From NCBI RefSeq assembly GCF_009914755.1, contig NC_060928.1: a DNA stretch of 64,000 bases; one strand, 5' to 3'. This document shows positions 41,616 to 56,726 of this stretch, piece by piece. Numbering within the stretch: position 1 is the stretch's first letter; each line of letters opens with the position of its first letter. The notes under the pieces are model-generated. The model saw nothing but the letters and a program-made list of their open reading frames with translations. It ran no database searches and was not told the origin of the DNA. This stretch comes from the human T2T-CHM13v2.0 reference genome, Homo sapiens. The translations under genes were made by a program, and so were the position numbers.

Positions 41616-44572
41616 AATATTTTCTAACCCTTTCTCTTATAGGTTAAAATTATATTATTTTCTACCTCCAGTGGCTAAAATTATATATTTGCATAGTACT
41701 ACTGTCTTCCTTTTCTGATCTAGAAATAAATTAGGAGTGAAATATATGAAAATTTTTCTCACTAACATGTATTAATAAGTATCACAATATTTCTTTTTAA
41801 TTCTTCTATATTTTATAAAAATGGCAAGATATAAATGGATAAATCGGTACTTTTTTCCCATCAAGTACTTTTGCTAACCCTAAATCAAATAAAAGCATTA
41901 TATTTCTGTGTAGGTTCATAACACAGGTGAAACTGTTTACTCTCTAGACAAGTTTTAATTACAAATAGTAGACTTTGCTTCTCTTTTCCAATCTCCTGCA
42001 TACAGCAGTGAAGTGACATCCATGAAGTGAGTCAGGAAAGTGAGTAGGATTAGAGCAGAAATAATAGCACTGATGCTAATCATATTGTTTAACTTGCTAT
42101 GAGTCTAAATTTAATGTAAACTTATGGAACACATTTGAGCGTGATAAAAATTCAAGTGTAATCATTTTTTTTGCTTCTTTAATTTTCTAATGGTTTTAAG
42201 TATGCATATGAATTCAGTGAAAAGGTGAATTGTCTGTTATTTAAATTTTTAGCTCGAATAAAATAGTAGAATACTTAGAGCATCCAGCATTATATGTGTT
42301 CATTTTAGAGATACTTGAGGAACTAAAGAAAATACACAACTCCCAGCAGGTTTTATGGAGAATTAGGCTATCTACAACACAAAGTAACTATTGTAGATCA
42401 ACAGCAGTTCTAATATATCAATTGGAATGTTCAGCCATTCCCTCATTAGTAGATATCCATTTGGCCTTGAATTTCCTTGCGTAATGAATCAGCTTAATGT
42501 GGTTTCAATTTTTCTTGACATTTATTTTTTTCCTATCCCTTCAACCACTACATACCATTTCTTTCTTCTGTCCAAAACTTTTGCTTAGTCTGGCTTCTAC
42601 TTTTATGGATACTTGAATTTTGGCTTTCTCTGTTTCTATGTTTCACATTGTAGCATCTCAAGATAAATGTTATAATTCCTTTGGCAAGGCAGCTACTAAC
42701 CAAGTGATAATGCATGTGTTAGTGAGGTATCCTCTGCCCCATGGCTCCTGAACAACATACACAGGACTTTTTTTTTTTTCTTTAACTTTGTGCTGATCTC
42801 TATCCTATCTATGGGGACAGTATAAAAGTTTGTTAAATAGTACAAAGCAGAGCAAGTGACACATAAGTAATCCTTATGAGAAGAACTCGGCGGTTTAAAA
42901 TAGCTGTTTATTTTTGTGCGAAGAATTGCAGTGATGTCATTAATAACTTTAAAGCTGATCAAATCAGAGAGCTCATTTCAAATGTCAGCCTTAAGTGGCA
43001 TCTTAACCCCAACCTTATTCCCAACCCTGAAATGATTTCTGGTAACATTGTCAGTGTCTGAATTTTTTTTTCAGGAAACTAGAGCCACTTCAATTGAGTC
43101 TGAGAATTCATTAAATCTGATCACCACTTCAACCTCCTTAGAATAAAGACTTTCACTTCATTTCAGTTTTTCAAATCTCATATACTCGGACCTCACTGGC
43201 AAACTCTAACCTGGAGTCTTATTGAAAAAAGTCATTCTGGAAGACATGGGAAGAGACTAGAGGTTGTGCTGAGTTAACCGCATACTGTCCAGCATAGGCA
43301 GCAAAGAGGTTCTGTGGATCTATAGTCTTTCCCTTGGGTGAAGGGGAAGATGAGGGAACAATCTTGAGATAGAGATAAAGAGATACCAAATCGTATTAAT
43401 TTCATATGGCTAAGGACTTCTAGAATATGTCTCTTAAAAATATTTGTCTGATGAATGTCTAACTAGTCAGAGGTAAACATTGAGAAATACAATCTTTATT
43501 TTGCAAAATTGCAATAGATTTAATCAGTATTTCTCAGGTGGGAAGCATTTCTACAGCTAAAAATGAGTCTCAGCAGACATTTACTTTGAGATAATGAGAG
43601 CTTTTGGAGGCTATATATTATTGTATTGGAAATAAATGTGTATATTATAAGTTCAATGAAGAAGAATGTATTTACAATGGAAAATGGTGTATTGAGAAAA
43701 ATCTGAACTTTACTTAAAGTTCTTAAAGTACTTAAAGAACTTTACTTAAGGTACTTACCTTCAGATTTTGAGTTTTGTTTAAAGAGTTACAAAATTTTTA
43801 CATAAATGGCTGAATTATCAGAACATAAATCCATGTAAAATATGAAGTCGTTTTATTTTATGTTAGATATCATTTGTCCTGATTACTTCTTCTTTTTCTC
43901 TATACATGCATACATTTATTTCATCGCTTACTGTGAGACCTTGGGTAGTTATAAAATATTTCCCTGATTTGGGTTTAACATCCATGAAACGGGGAATTTG
44001 GGCTAATAAAGCTCTTATAAGAGTGACTGGCACATATCTGAGTCTTATTTAATGTTATTATTATTAATGGTTTTATTATTGTTATTATAATGGTTTTTTG
44101 TTCTAGATTATAATAACCCTAGGATCTATATTTAAGAAATGCCCAACTCACATGCATAAAATGTTCAATATTTAAACAAATTAATGAAGAGAAGAAAAAA
44201 CAAAGCTTGTCAGAATTATTACAAGAAATATAGGATGACTAGACTGGATAATTTAAGAAGAGTTAATAGGACTATTGTGTATAGGAAAGGACTAGATACA
44301 GTAGAGTATCATTTCTATATCCAGGCCTAAAAGGTTGAAGAAAAAATAGTATCTGGAACTCAAAGAGAGAGAAAGCTGTATGAATGGCTAATCATTTTTC
44401 TCACACAAAGAGTAAGTGAAGCCCACAGTGAATCCAAAGGGAGGAAGACGGGAGAATAAATAACCAGATCCTTTCATATCTCACCCTCCAATTTCTTGCT
44501 AATATGCCTTATTAACTGAATCCGAATTTTACCCAAAGACAAGGGAACTCAACATAAAAATATAGCTCACTT

Positions 44573-44957
<385 letters not shown>

Positions 44958-46099
44958 CTACCTGATACGTGTCTTTTAAAGTAATTATCTTATTAACGAA
45001 TGTTTGAAATGGCAACTTTAATTGTATAAAAATATTAGCCAAATTCTAATGGCTAAATTTGAGAACATTCACTAAATTGGACAGAACTAGGTAAGTGTAT
45101 TCTGTGTTACTTTTATATCAGGAAAAATGGCATTTGTTTTATATTACAGATAAAACAGTATCTTAATGATATTTATACATAAATATCGGCCAGTGTATTT
45201 GTTTATATTAGTAAAAAAGTTTGTACTTATGACCTTTGAATGTCGGTATGTTTCAATTTTTAAAATTTGTCTGCTTTGAGATAATCAAATTGTTTTATTT
45301 AGAAAATTAATTCTTTCAAGATTCACTAGCTAACAATATTTACTATAATTGTTGAAGTGCAGGGTATACTACTAGCATTCCAATAGTTATACATTAATAT
45401 TATAGTATACTATTCCATAAATATTAAAGGCCATTATTATCCTGAACTAAAATCAGTCCTATGCTTTATGTACATTTCTACTTGATATTAATCTAAATAT
45501 CAACTTTGAAATGTATATTAATTTTTTCAAATAATACTTGTTTTAAATATAATTTAAATAATAGTTTAAAATAATTAAATTATTTTAAATAATTTTAAGT
45601 TAGTTTAAAATAATGATACTTATTTTAAACTAATAATTTTAACAAATCATTAGTTTCAAAGTCAAACAGGTTCATGAATATGAATGGCAATTGGTTTCTA
45701 ACTCCAGTTCTCTTAGCAGCCATACCATACTTGTATCCTGATTTTCTAGCCCACTTCATAATCCCCTTCTTCTCAGTCTCATTAGATGACTTGAAATATA
45801 ACTTATTTGTAGAGAATACAGAAATCATTAGGTCTATAGACCTTCAAAGTCTGTTTTTTTTTTCACCCAACATATAAAAATTAATGCTTTACCCTAAGGA
45901 AAAAACTCCAAAATTTCTAGAAATCATACGTCTTCAATACATTTCAATTAACATTACAGATCAGCTACTCAAATTGATACCTATCACAAACACCTAAAAA
46001 CTGTGTATATGGAATAACAAATATCATCTTATATGCTTTCATGGAAATAAAGAGACCCCTGGACCTTGAACAAAAAAGGGACTGCTATAAAAGCTAGCA

Positions 46100-48900
46100 T
46101 TAAAACTTTTTTTAAAGAGTGCTTTCAGACTAAAATGATGCAGAGGTATGGATTCTAATGAGAACATCAGGGACAGATGATGCCTCTGGTCAAAATAAAT
46201 TGAATAACTAGAACTGAGATTTACATATAAAGCCAGAATATCAAATGCCTACACACTCCAGCAATGAGATGGCTAGAAGAAATCTTTTCATCAGCAAAAT
46301 AGAAAGAAAAAGAATCACTGTCTTTATTTGGGCTTTAGGGAGAAAAATCAAAGCCTCCTCTTAAATATGAATTTTGATCATTCAAAATCCATGTTTTGTT
46401 CTCTGCTAGGTTTTGGTTTCAACTGATCCAGAAAAGGCAAAGTTAAGAAAAAGGTTTAATTGGTCTTGGGTTGATAGAGAATCAGGACAGCTATGAGAAG
46501 CAAAATGTGATCTCCTTAGTGGAGCATTTTCTCAAATCAGGCCTGGCAGCAAGAGCATCACATAGACCTCAAGTGAACATGAACATACTATAAAGCACCA
46601 TAGCACATAGGTCCCCAGGACCAAGAGTCAGTGGAAACAATAAGTAGCAGAATTCAATCTCTAAGGACTTTTCTTATATACTATAATTGTCAAAGGCTGA
46701 ACATAAAATTAAGTGTGACTAAAACTGGTACAAAATTTTCAAAGGGAGATTTGAAACTTGACCAAATAAAATGATACTATAAAAATGACAAGATTGATTT
46801 TTAAAAAGAGAGAACAAAACTCAAAAATATTATGATTAAAATTAAACCTACATAAATTGATTACCAATAGATTATGCATGGTTTATGAGGGAATTAAAAG
46901 ACAAATGAAGAAATTAGAGAGGACAAACTCAAAAAGGCAAAGAGATAGAAAATATTAATATTTCTGAATCATTAACAGAGAGGATGAGGATGATTATTTC
47001 TGTCCTAAATATTCCCAAAATTGTAAAAGAGAATAGATTAAGGAAAGGGACACTCATAAAATAAAAGCTTAAGCTGGTTCATAATTTATTAGAGATAATA
47101 ATCTCAAATATAGTAAAGTACAAGAAAATCTATTAAGTGTAATTAAAAACTAGACACACCATAATGAAACTTTAGATCATCAATGACAGTAGCAGGACTT
47201 CAAGAACATCCAGAGGGAACAGCTTCTAATGGACAAATCTTAATTTAAATGACAGCAAACTTATCAAGAGCAAAACTGAAATAGAAAACAACAAATTAAT
47301 AGCTTCAGCATTCTGATAGACAACAGATATTAATGTAGAATACTGTACTATGGTTAACCATTCTTTAAGAACAAGTTGAAAAGGCATTGTTCTTTAAAAT
47401 AATGAGACAGGTTTCTACTAAAATATCTTAAATAAATTAGTAAGAAGTGCTCAATAATTTATTTCCAGGAGAAGAAAACTAAGATTCAAAAAAGACTCAA
47501 AAAAGACTAAAAAATAAATTAATAAGCATTTTGGTAAATATGAGTGAAAGTTGACATAAGTTAGTGATTATAAAAATGACAACTTTGGGGATTTAAGTTT
47601 AAATATAAAAATATGATATAGGAAAATGGAGGTAATTGGAATTAAAATTCTAAATTCATATAGTTCAGATAAAAAAGAAATTTATTTCTTTTCACCTCCT
47701 CAGTAGATCAGGTAATGTTATGACCTGAATTGTACCCTGCCCAAAATGTATATGCTGAAGCCCTAGCCCCCAGTACCTTAGAATGTGACTGTTTCAGGAA
47801 ATATTGCTTTAAAGAGAAAATTAAGGTTAAGTGAAGTCATAAAATTTGGGCTCCTAATCCAACACGACTGGTGTCCTTATAAGAAGAGAAAGAAACACCA
47901 GGGATGTGGATGTGAGCTGATATGAGAATACAGCCAGAAAGCAGCCTCAGAAGAAACCTACCCTGCTGTCATCTCGGTCTTGGCCTTCCAGCCTCCTAGA
48001 GTATGAAAATGTAATTTTCTGTCATTTAAGTCACCCAGTCTGTGGTATTTTGTAATGGCAGTCCTAGAAAACTAACACAAGTAGCTTGTAAAATAAAGCA
48101 TAAAATTAAAGGATTTACATTCCAAAAATGTTTAAAAAAGATAAAGAAAAAAAAAATCAATCCAAAGAAAGGAGAAATAAAGAAGAATACATACAAAGAC
48201 CAAAAAGACATGATACAAAGACTTAAAACTATATTGTTCACTCCATCCAGAAGATCTAAATTATATAGTTAAATGACAGCTATATGTCATTTACAGGCAG
48301 CATAGCTAACACACAAATACACTGAAATGTCAATAATAAAGTATCAGTAACCTGTGTCACACAAAGAATCTTATCACATATCAAGTTAAAAATTTAGATA
48401 TGAATGTCAAGATAATTGAAGCTTTCACCCATTTAAAAATTTAAATCACACTTATAAATAATTCATTACTCAGAAAAATAACAATGAATGAAACTTTAAA
48501 TACATCCTTAGATTTTAATGTAACACACAAAAAAACACATATAAAGTTTTGTTAAGCCAATACACTGATTGATCTTTGAAATAATTTTATAGTCTTCAAT
48601 AACTATACTAGAAAATAAAAAATAAAAAATGAGATAAATACATAACTTACAATTTTAAAAATTAACAATAAAAAAACAAAGAAAGATAAAGGGATTAAGA
48701 CAAAGTCAGGCATTAATACAAGGAAAATATATGTATGCTTGAGACGATCAACAAAGCCTAGAACTGCTCTCTAATTGGAGAAAGATAAATTGAGCAAAAC
48801 TGATTAAAAAAAGAAAATCTGCCTATTTTATAACAATTAAAAAACATACATCAATAATATGTATTTATGCCAAAACTATCTGATAATATTGAGGAGGTAG
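46100..48900 (+). mobile_element. Highly degenerate ancient L1 (L1M4/L1ME-like) remnants flanking an MLT1 LTR
   Basis: A-rich sequence with faint ORF1/ORF2-like motifs (AGACACACCATAATGAAACT; AGACGATCAACAAAGCC). Confidence 0.4.
47716..48079 (+). mobile_element. MLT1A/B solo LTR (MaLR)
   Basis: TGTTATG...CCTAATCCAACACGACTGGTGTCCTTATAAGAAGAG...GCAGTCCTAGAAAACTAACACA. Confidence 0.8.
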
Positions 48901-49519
48901 TTATATCTAGCATACCTAGAGTACAGAGAAAACAACATTAGACATTTAAACTCTATGTTTTAAAGCTATTAGGTGATTTTGGTTACTGGTTCTCTGTTGA
49001 AAAATGTGTGTAAATGTGTGTGTATGTGTGTGTGCTCATATACATGGGAGTGTGTAGGTGTGCTTGTTTAAACATTGACAGCTTAACCAGATGAAGGAAG
49101 ATTTATGCCATTTTGAATACCTTGGTGGAATTCAAGTATTTATTCATTGGGCAGTTTTATTTATAAGAATTTATTTATTGACCTATTTATTTATTTATAG
49201 AAATAAAAACAATGCCTGAAATTGTTGATTATCGTTACTGTTCATTTTGAAATATTAATTTTAAAACAATTTTCAATACTCTGTATTGTGCAGTTGAGCT
49301 AATGACTGCTGACAAATTTTCCCAAATAGGTTGTTGTTTAATTTTCTGAGCTTTATTCAATTTATGTGTTTATCATAAATTAGTTTGCTACATTAGTCTG
49401 CACATAAAGACACACAAGTTTACTGGTTAGAAGACAGGGAATGGAAATTTGATTTGATTATATTTTTACATAGAAATATTTCAGCACTTTTCATAAGACA
49501 TTTTGAAGTGACACACTTC

Positions 49520-50090
49520 TGTGATGGTTAATACTGGGTGTCCACTTGATTGGAATGAAGGATACAAAGTATTGTTCCTGGATGTGTACTGTGTCTGTGA
49601 GGGTGTTGCCAAAGAAGATTAACATTTGAGTCAGTTGACTGGGAAATGCAGACCCACCCTCAATCTTGGTGGTACAGTCTAATCAGCTGCCAGCATGGCC
49701 AGAATAAAAGCAGGCAGAAGAATATGGATAGAATAGACTGGCTTACCCTCCCAGCCAACGGCTTTCTCCTGTGCTGGATGCTTCCTGCCCTCAAACATCA
49801 AACTCCAAGTTCTTCAGCTTTGGGACTTGGGCTGGCTTCCTTGCTTTTCAGCTTGTAGATGTGTTATTGCAGCACCTTGTGATCATGTGAGTTAATACTT
49901 CTTAATAAACTCTCCTTCATATATACATCTATCCTATTAGCTCTGTCCCTCTAAAGAACCCCGACTAATACAGAATTTGGTACCAGAGTGGGATGGTTCT
50001 AGAGGAACAGAATATTAAGGATGAAGTTTTTTCACTGGTTTTGGGATTTCTGGAGTTGGCTGCTTAATACGATTAGACCCAAAAATGTTA
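49520..50090 (+). mobile_element. MLT2A (HERVL LTR, 49520-49972) plus the first ~115 bp of HERVL internal sequence
   Basis: LTR runs TGTGATGGTTAATACTG...GAACCCCGACTAATACA, then the HERVL leader TTTGGTACCAG...GGTTCTAGAGGAACAGAATATTAAGGATG. Confidence 0.88.
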
Positions 50091-52364
50091 TGTCTGTGTC
50101 TCCACCCAAATCTCATCTCGAATTCCCACATGTTGTCAGGGGGGACCCAGTGATAGGTAATTGAATTATAGGGGCAGATCTTTCCCATGCTGTTCTTGTG
50201 ATAGTGAATAAGCCTCATGAGATTTGATGGTTTTATAAGGCGGAGTTTCCCTGCACAAACTCCTTTCTCTTGTCTGCTGCCATGCAAGACGTGCCTTTCA
50301 CCTTCTGCCAGGATTGTGAGGCCTCCCCAGCCACGTGGAACTGTAAGTCTATTAAACCTCTTTCTTTTGTAAATTGCCCAGTCTCAGGTATGTCTTTATT
50401 AGCGGTGTAAAAACAGACTAACACAGTAAATTGTTACCAGTAGAGTGGGCTGCTGCTGTAGATACCCGAAAATGTAAAAGCGACTTTGGAACTCAGTAAC
50501 AGGGAGGAGTTGGAAGAGTTTGGAGGGCTCAGAAGAAAATAGGAAAATGTGGGAAAGTTTGGAACTTCCTAGAGACTTGTTGAATGGTTTTGCCCAAAAT
50601 GCTGATAGCAATATGAACAATAAAGTCCACGCTGAGGTGGTCTCAGATGGAAATGAGGAACTCGTTGGGAACTAGAGAAAACGTGACTCTTGTTAATGTT
50701 TTAGCAAAGAGACTGGCTGCAATTTTTCCCTGCCCTTTTCCCTGCCCTTGAGATTTGTGGAACTTTGAACTTGAAAGAAATGATTTAGGATATCTGGCAG
50801 AAGAAATTTCTAAGCAGCAAAACATTCAAGAGGTGACTTGTGTGCTATTAAAGGCATTAAGTTTTATAAAGGAAGAAGAGCATAAAACTTTGGAAAATTT
50901 TCAGCCTGACAATGTGATAAAAAAGGAAATCCCGCTTACCAAGGAAAAATTCAAGCTGGCTGCAGAGATTTGTATAAGTAATGAGAAGCCAAATATTAAT
51001 CCCAAAGACAATGGGGAAAATGTCTCCAGGGCATGTCAGAGGTCTTAATAGCAGCCCCATCCATTCCAGGCCCTGACACCTAGAAGAGAAAACTTGTTTC
51101 GTGGGCCAGGCTCATGGTCTTTGTGCTGTGTACAGCCTAGGGACTTGATGCCCTGGGTCCCAGCTGCTCCAGTTGTGGCTGAAAGAGGCTAACATAGAGC
51201 TCAGGACATGGCTTCAGAGGGTGCAAGCCTCAACCCTTGGCAGCTTTCATGTGGTGTTGAGACTGCAAGTACACAGAAGTCAATAATTGAGATTTGGTAA
51301 CCTCCACCTAGATTTCTGAGGTTGTGTGGGAAAGCCTGGATGTCCAGGCAGAAGTTTGCTGCAGGAATGGGGCACTCATGGAGAACCTCTGCTATGGCAG
51401 TGTGAAAGGGAAATGTGGGGTTGAAGGCCCCACACAGAGTGCTTACTGGAGCACTAGTGGCCTAGTGAAGCTGTGAGAAGGGATCTACTATCCTCCAGAC
51501 CCCAGAATGGTAGATCCACCAACAGCTTGCACCTTGCACCTGAAAAAGCCACAGACACTAAATGCCAGCTCCTGAAAGCAGCCGGGATGGAGGTTGAATC
51601 CTAAAAAGCCAAAGAAGTAGAGCTGCCAAAAACCATGGGAACCCACTTCTTGCATCATGGCAACCTGGAAATGAGACATGGAGTCAAAGGAGATCATTTT
51701 GGAGCTTTAAGAACTGACTTCCCTGCTGGATTTTTGGACTTGCATGGGTCCTGTAATCCCTTTGTTTTGACCAATTTCACCCATTTGTAATGGCTGTATT
51801 TACCTAATGCCTGTACCCCCATTGTATCTAGAAAGTAACTAACTTGCTTTTGATTTTACAGGCTTGTAAGTGGAAGGGACTTGCCTTATCTCAGATGAAA
51901 AATTTGACTGTAGACTTCTGAGTTAATGTTGAAATGAGTTAAGACTTTGGGGGACTGTTAGGAAGACATGATTGGTTTTGAAATGTGAGGACATAAGATT
52001 TGGGAGGAGCCAGTGCTGGAATGATATGGTTTGGCTGTGTCCTCACCCAAATCTCATCTTGAATTGCTGCATGTTGTGGGAGGGACCCGGTGGGAGATAA
52101 TTGAATCATGGGAGCAGGTCTTTCTTGTGCTGTTCTCATGATAGTGTATAAGTCTCATGAGATCTGATAGTTTTATAAGGCAGAGTTTCCCTGCACAAGC
52201 TCTCTTCTCTTGTCTGCTGCCATGTGAGACATACCTTTCATCTTTCACCATGATTGTGAGGCCTCCCAAGCCACTTGGAATTGTAAGTCCATTGAACCTC
52301 CTTCTTTTGAAATTGCTCAGTCTCAGGTATGTCATTATCAGCAGTGTGAAAATGGACTAATACA
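50091..52364 (+). mobile_element. Full-length THE1B/C-like MaLR provirus (5' LTR ~50091-50425, internal, 3' LTR 52022-52364)
   Basis: Two homologous LTRs (GAGTTTCCCTGCACAA...CTCTTGTCTGCTGCCATG). The internal region is homologous to 24536-26088. Confidence 0.9.
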
Positions 52365-55037
52365 AGTTTTTATTCAAAAATGACTAAATTTGGATGTAAT
52401 TTTTGCATTTGTTTTAAATGCTTGCCACTTGAACACATATCAAAATACTGAAATAAAACAGGTTTAATCCTATACTGAAGAGTCATGCATGAGACTAGAC
52501 CAGTAGATGTAGACATTCAGATAGTGGGAAAATACAAGAAAAATGACAGTAACAAGTGTTTAAACTGAATAATAATGAAGAGTATGTATGGTGTTACAGA
52601 ACACTTTTTAGATACTAAAATTAACCAATGTGTTAATCACCAGTAAGCATGAATAAAATGGAATTCAATTTATTCATTCATTAGATTTTAAATAGCACTC
52701 ATAGGCTCTTAAATTTACAATTAACCAACATATATGAGGGTGGGTATAGAATAGTGGAAAGAACACTAAAGAAATGTTGAAAACAAATCATATTTCTACC
52801 AGTTATTAGCTATGGATAATAAAGCTAAATCAGTTTCTTAATCATATTGAATCTACTTACTTACCTATAAAACTTGAACAATACTTTTTTTTCTGCTGAT
52901 CAGTATTGCATCTGTTTAAAAGGATAAAGGTAAGATGTATTTCAGACTACTAGGGGATTAAAATGTAGGTAGACCAGAGATTGTGAAAGGCTTAGTAGTC
53001 CATAATGAAAAGTTTAAAATTTCCCTACTGGCTTTAAAGCACTTGAGATTTTCAGAGAAAGAAATGACGAGATTAATATTATTTGGTAAGTCAAGAGAAA
53101 CCATAAGCTAGCAATTCAAAACAAATGTTGAGGGAAAGTAAACAAAGGAAAAAGCAGTGACTATGAGGTTACAACAGGTTTGAGAAACACTTTGGAGATA
53201 ATGAAGGTACTTTTCAACAAGGAACCAAGACCATGGAGAGAAAAATGGACTATTCAGTCATTCATACAGTACTCTTTCTGATGTCAATCAACTATGATTG
53301 GTGATAAAATCACAACTGTATATAACTGTAGAAAATGAGCAGAGAACATCACCATCACAGATCTTTAGAGAGATTATGCCAACACCTTTTTATTTCCACT
53401 TTGATTATATTAGAAGATGAAGGGTTGAAAAAATTATAATACTGTATGTTTTAATTTCATTGCAGTGTTGTATAATTTCAGTGCAATATAATTTTAGTGA
53501 AGTATTGTAACTAACAAAAGAAGCTTTGAATAATTAAGATTGGGTTGCCTGTTGAGTACTATATGTAGGGTATAACTGTGGTGAAGAACAACAAATCAAA
53601 TATAACTGATACATTTTTACATATCTGGTTCTGAGAGAATATGATTAAATGTGACTAGAAAAGAGTAAAACGATTTATCTTAATTGATCCTTAAAAAATC
53701 ACAAATTAAATAGCAATATTTTTTCCCTAAAGGTAATAAAAACAATGAAAAAGGCAATCAATGCATGCTTTAGAAAGTTGATGATAAAACATGTGCTCAA
53801 CTTTTTTTAGGCACCAAAACTTTCAATTGTATAAATTAAATGTGTAAAATACATCATTTCTCTTGCATCATGCATATTTGCTACATATTAACCCCAAACC
53901 CCATATCTAAAAATCATCCAATTTTTATGGCTTATTCCAATAAGTACCACGTACAAAATGATGAAAAACTTTTTATACCTAAATACTTTAGGAATTCAAA
54001 AATTGGTAGGTTTTAAATATAAAAAGAATTAGCTTACAAGTAATTGGGAACAAACGGAAATTCGTTGGAAGACCAGGCTTCCAAGTGCTATATGATCCCT
54101 GGAGACCAAAAGAGAAAAAAAAACAAAAGCAAAAATAAACAAACAAAAAAAACACTGAAAAACTGCAAAACATAGTTACAAGAAGCAGATAACACCTTTA
54201 TTGATTTTTTTTGTTTATATAGTAGCTCAGAAAGCATGAAGCCAGATGAATGATTCCAGATATTTTGATACTTCTTTGACCAATCCCAGAGGGTGCTAAG
54301 GTGAGAAGAACAGAAAAGAAGACAAAAGAAAAAAAAAATCCTTTTTGAGTTGATGGTTTCCATCCCTATAACAAATAATACAATTTTGAATGCAATTTAA
54401 AACCCTTCACTCATAGCTTGAAGGCCTTGGAAAGGTTAGGCCATTGCCATCTTAGTAGTCATATGACTATATTCACCTCCTATAGTTTCTGATCCACTGA
54501 CTCACAATGTTGTCTTTCCCAAGGTTATTCTTAAAGGAATTGAGTAAAGGATTTTTTTTAAATTGTAGTCAAAGGACAAAACCTGTAACAGTCTTTTCTT
54601 CTCCGTCTCATAATATTCTTTTGAAATTCCTGTAAATCTAGATCCAATATTCTTTGTTTTTGAGAAAACACAGAATCACTGTTTGGAAGGATTCATTTAA
54701 GATTTTTAATAACTAAGGTTTTCCATCACTTTAATTTAGTATTCTCAGTCTCATCTACATTCTATGTATATTTTTCGAATTCACATTTTAAAATACCTTT
54801 ATTGCAAAATCTCTTCATGTATATTTTCGGAACTTTGTTACATTCCTCATTTGACCAACAATCCTTTTTTGAAAATCTAAGAATCTGTTTGTCTAAGAAT
54901 TCAAGACATAGAGACTAGGATAAAGAGATAAAAAAGAACCAAGTCCTGCCTCCAGTGGTGGAAGCATATTAGCATTAGTAAAATTAGCCATAGTGGAATC
55001 AGTGTTTGCCAATATATCATCTTGAAAGTAGACATTA

Positions 55038-55164
55038 AACATGATGGGTTAATGGGTGCAGCACACCAACATGGCACAGGTATACATATGTAACAAACCT
55101 GCACGTTGTGCACATGTACCCTAGAACTTAAAGTATAATAAAAATAATAATAATAACAAACAAA
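55038..55164 (+). mobile_element. ~127-bp 5'-truncated L1PA 3' end
   Basis: GGGTGCAGCACACCAACATGGCAC...AGAACTTAAAGTATAAT plus tail; perfect 14-bp TSD GAAAGTAGACATTA (55024-55037 / 55165-55178). Confidence 0.93.
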
Positions 55165-55436
55165 GAAAGTAGACATTACCATGTGATGCTATAAGCTTTA
55201 TTTTGAAATGGTATTTTGAAGCAATTATTGGAAAGTTGAAGGTCTGAAAAACATGCAAATTTTTGTTTGATGAATTTTAGTCACATTATGTATTTATTTG
55301 GTTCCTTTAAGAAGTAGATAACAACTGTGATTAACATGCAAAATATTTTTATGTGTTGTTATACTAAACTGTATTTTTATTAAATATGTATCTAGGCAGA
55401 TATTGAAATAAAAAGGAATTATAAAAACATCAAGTA

Positions 55437-55785
<349 letters not shown>

Positions 55786-56159
55786 TTAAAACAAATTCAT
55801 AGTGTGATGTTTCAAAATAGCTTAAAAATGGTAAATTTAAGACTAATATGCCTATATTTATAAACAGTGCCCAAGACTGCTAAAAAGAAGATCTCATTGC
55901 ACAACCTAATTGCAGCATGCTCATGAGATGAAAAGGGTCAGAGAAAGTAACAACAAAAATTGGCAAATTACTTCTGAGTCATGCTTACCATCGCTTATTT
56001 CTAATTCTCTTAAGACCTCAAAAGTGTTTCATTAACTGATATTCCAAGTGTTGGTGGAATTATATGGAATGACTGTAAGATAATATAGGTATAGTTAGGA
56101 GAAAGATCAACTACTTCCAGTAACAGAAACATTTATATAAATGTTGAGAGGTATATGAT

Positions 56160-56615
56160 GTGTGATGGCCATTAGAATCCATTCTCTAATCAGTAATTGC
56201 AGGGAACATAATTGAGCATAGGCCACAGTCACTGAGCAATGAAACCTATTAGATATTTTTCCTTAAGACCATCCTTCTCACTATTCCCAGCTAATGAGTG
56301 AGCATGACAAAGATACTAATGCACACTCATTTCTAGGAGACACTGGAATCTTCTGCTGTTGGATGACTTTGTTTCAAGATCTCTGTAAAGGCCATGTTGA
56401 ACTTGTAGAACTGCAATGCAATCTAAGATGCTTCTACTCAGTCTTTCTTCCTTCCATTTTTCCTTTAACATGAGTCAAAACTGTATCAAGAGCTGATGGC
56501 TCTCTTGCCCTTCTCCAACTATTTCATCTTTCCATACAGTCTTTGTCCCTAATATATCTCTTGCAAGGTTAATCTGGTTTTGGCTTCTGCTTTTCAAGTG
56601 ACTCAGGCAAACTCA
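56160..56615 (+). mobile_element. LTR16-like ERVL solo LTR
   Basis: 3' end CCCTAATATATCTCTTGCAAGGTTAATCTGGTTTTGGCTTCTGCTT resembles the LTR16 terminus. Confidence 0.55.
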
Positions 56616-56726
56616 TGATGTGACTAAAATTAATCAAAATACAATTGTTTTAAGATGTTGAACTTTCAAATCATTGCTTTGAATTACCATTTCAGAATGA
56701 AAATGTGGAGAAGGAACCACTACTTA

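Noticed and set aside
45540-45630. AT-only quasi-palindromes (also ~63630-63690)
   Set aside because: Low complexity makes self-complementarity trivial.
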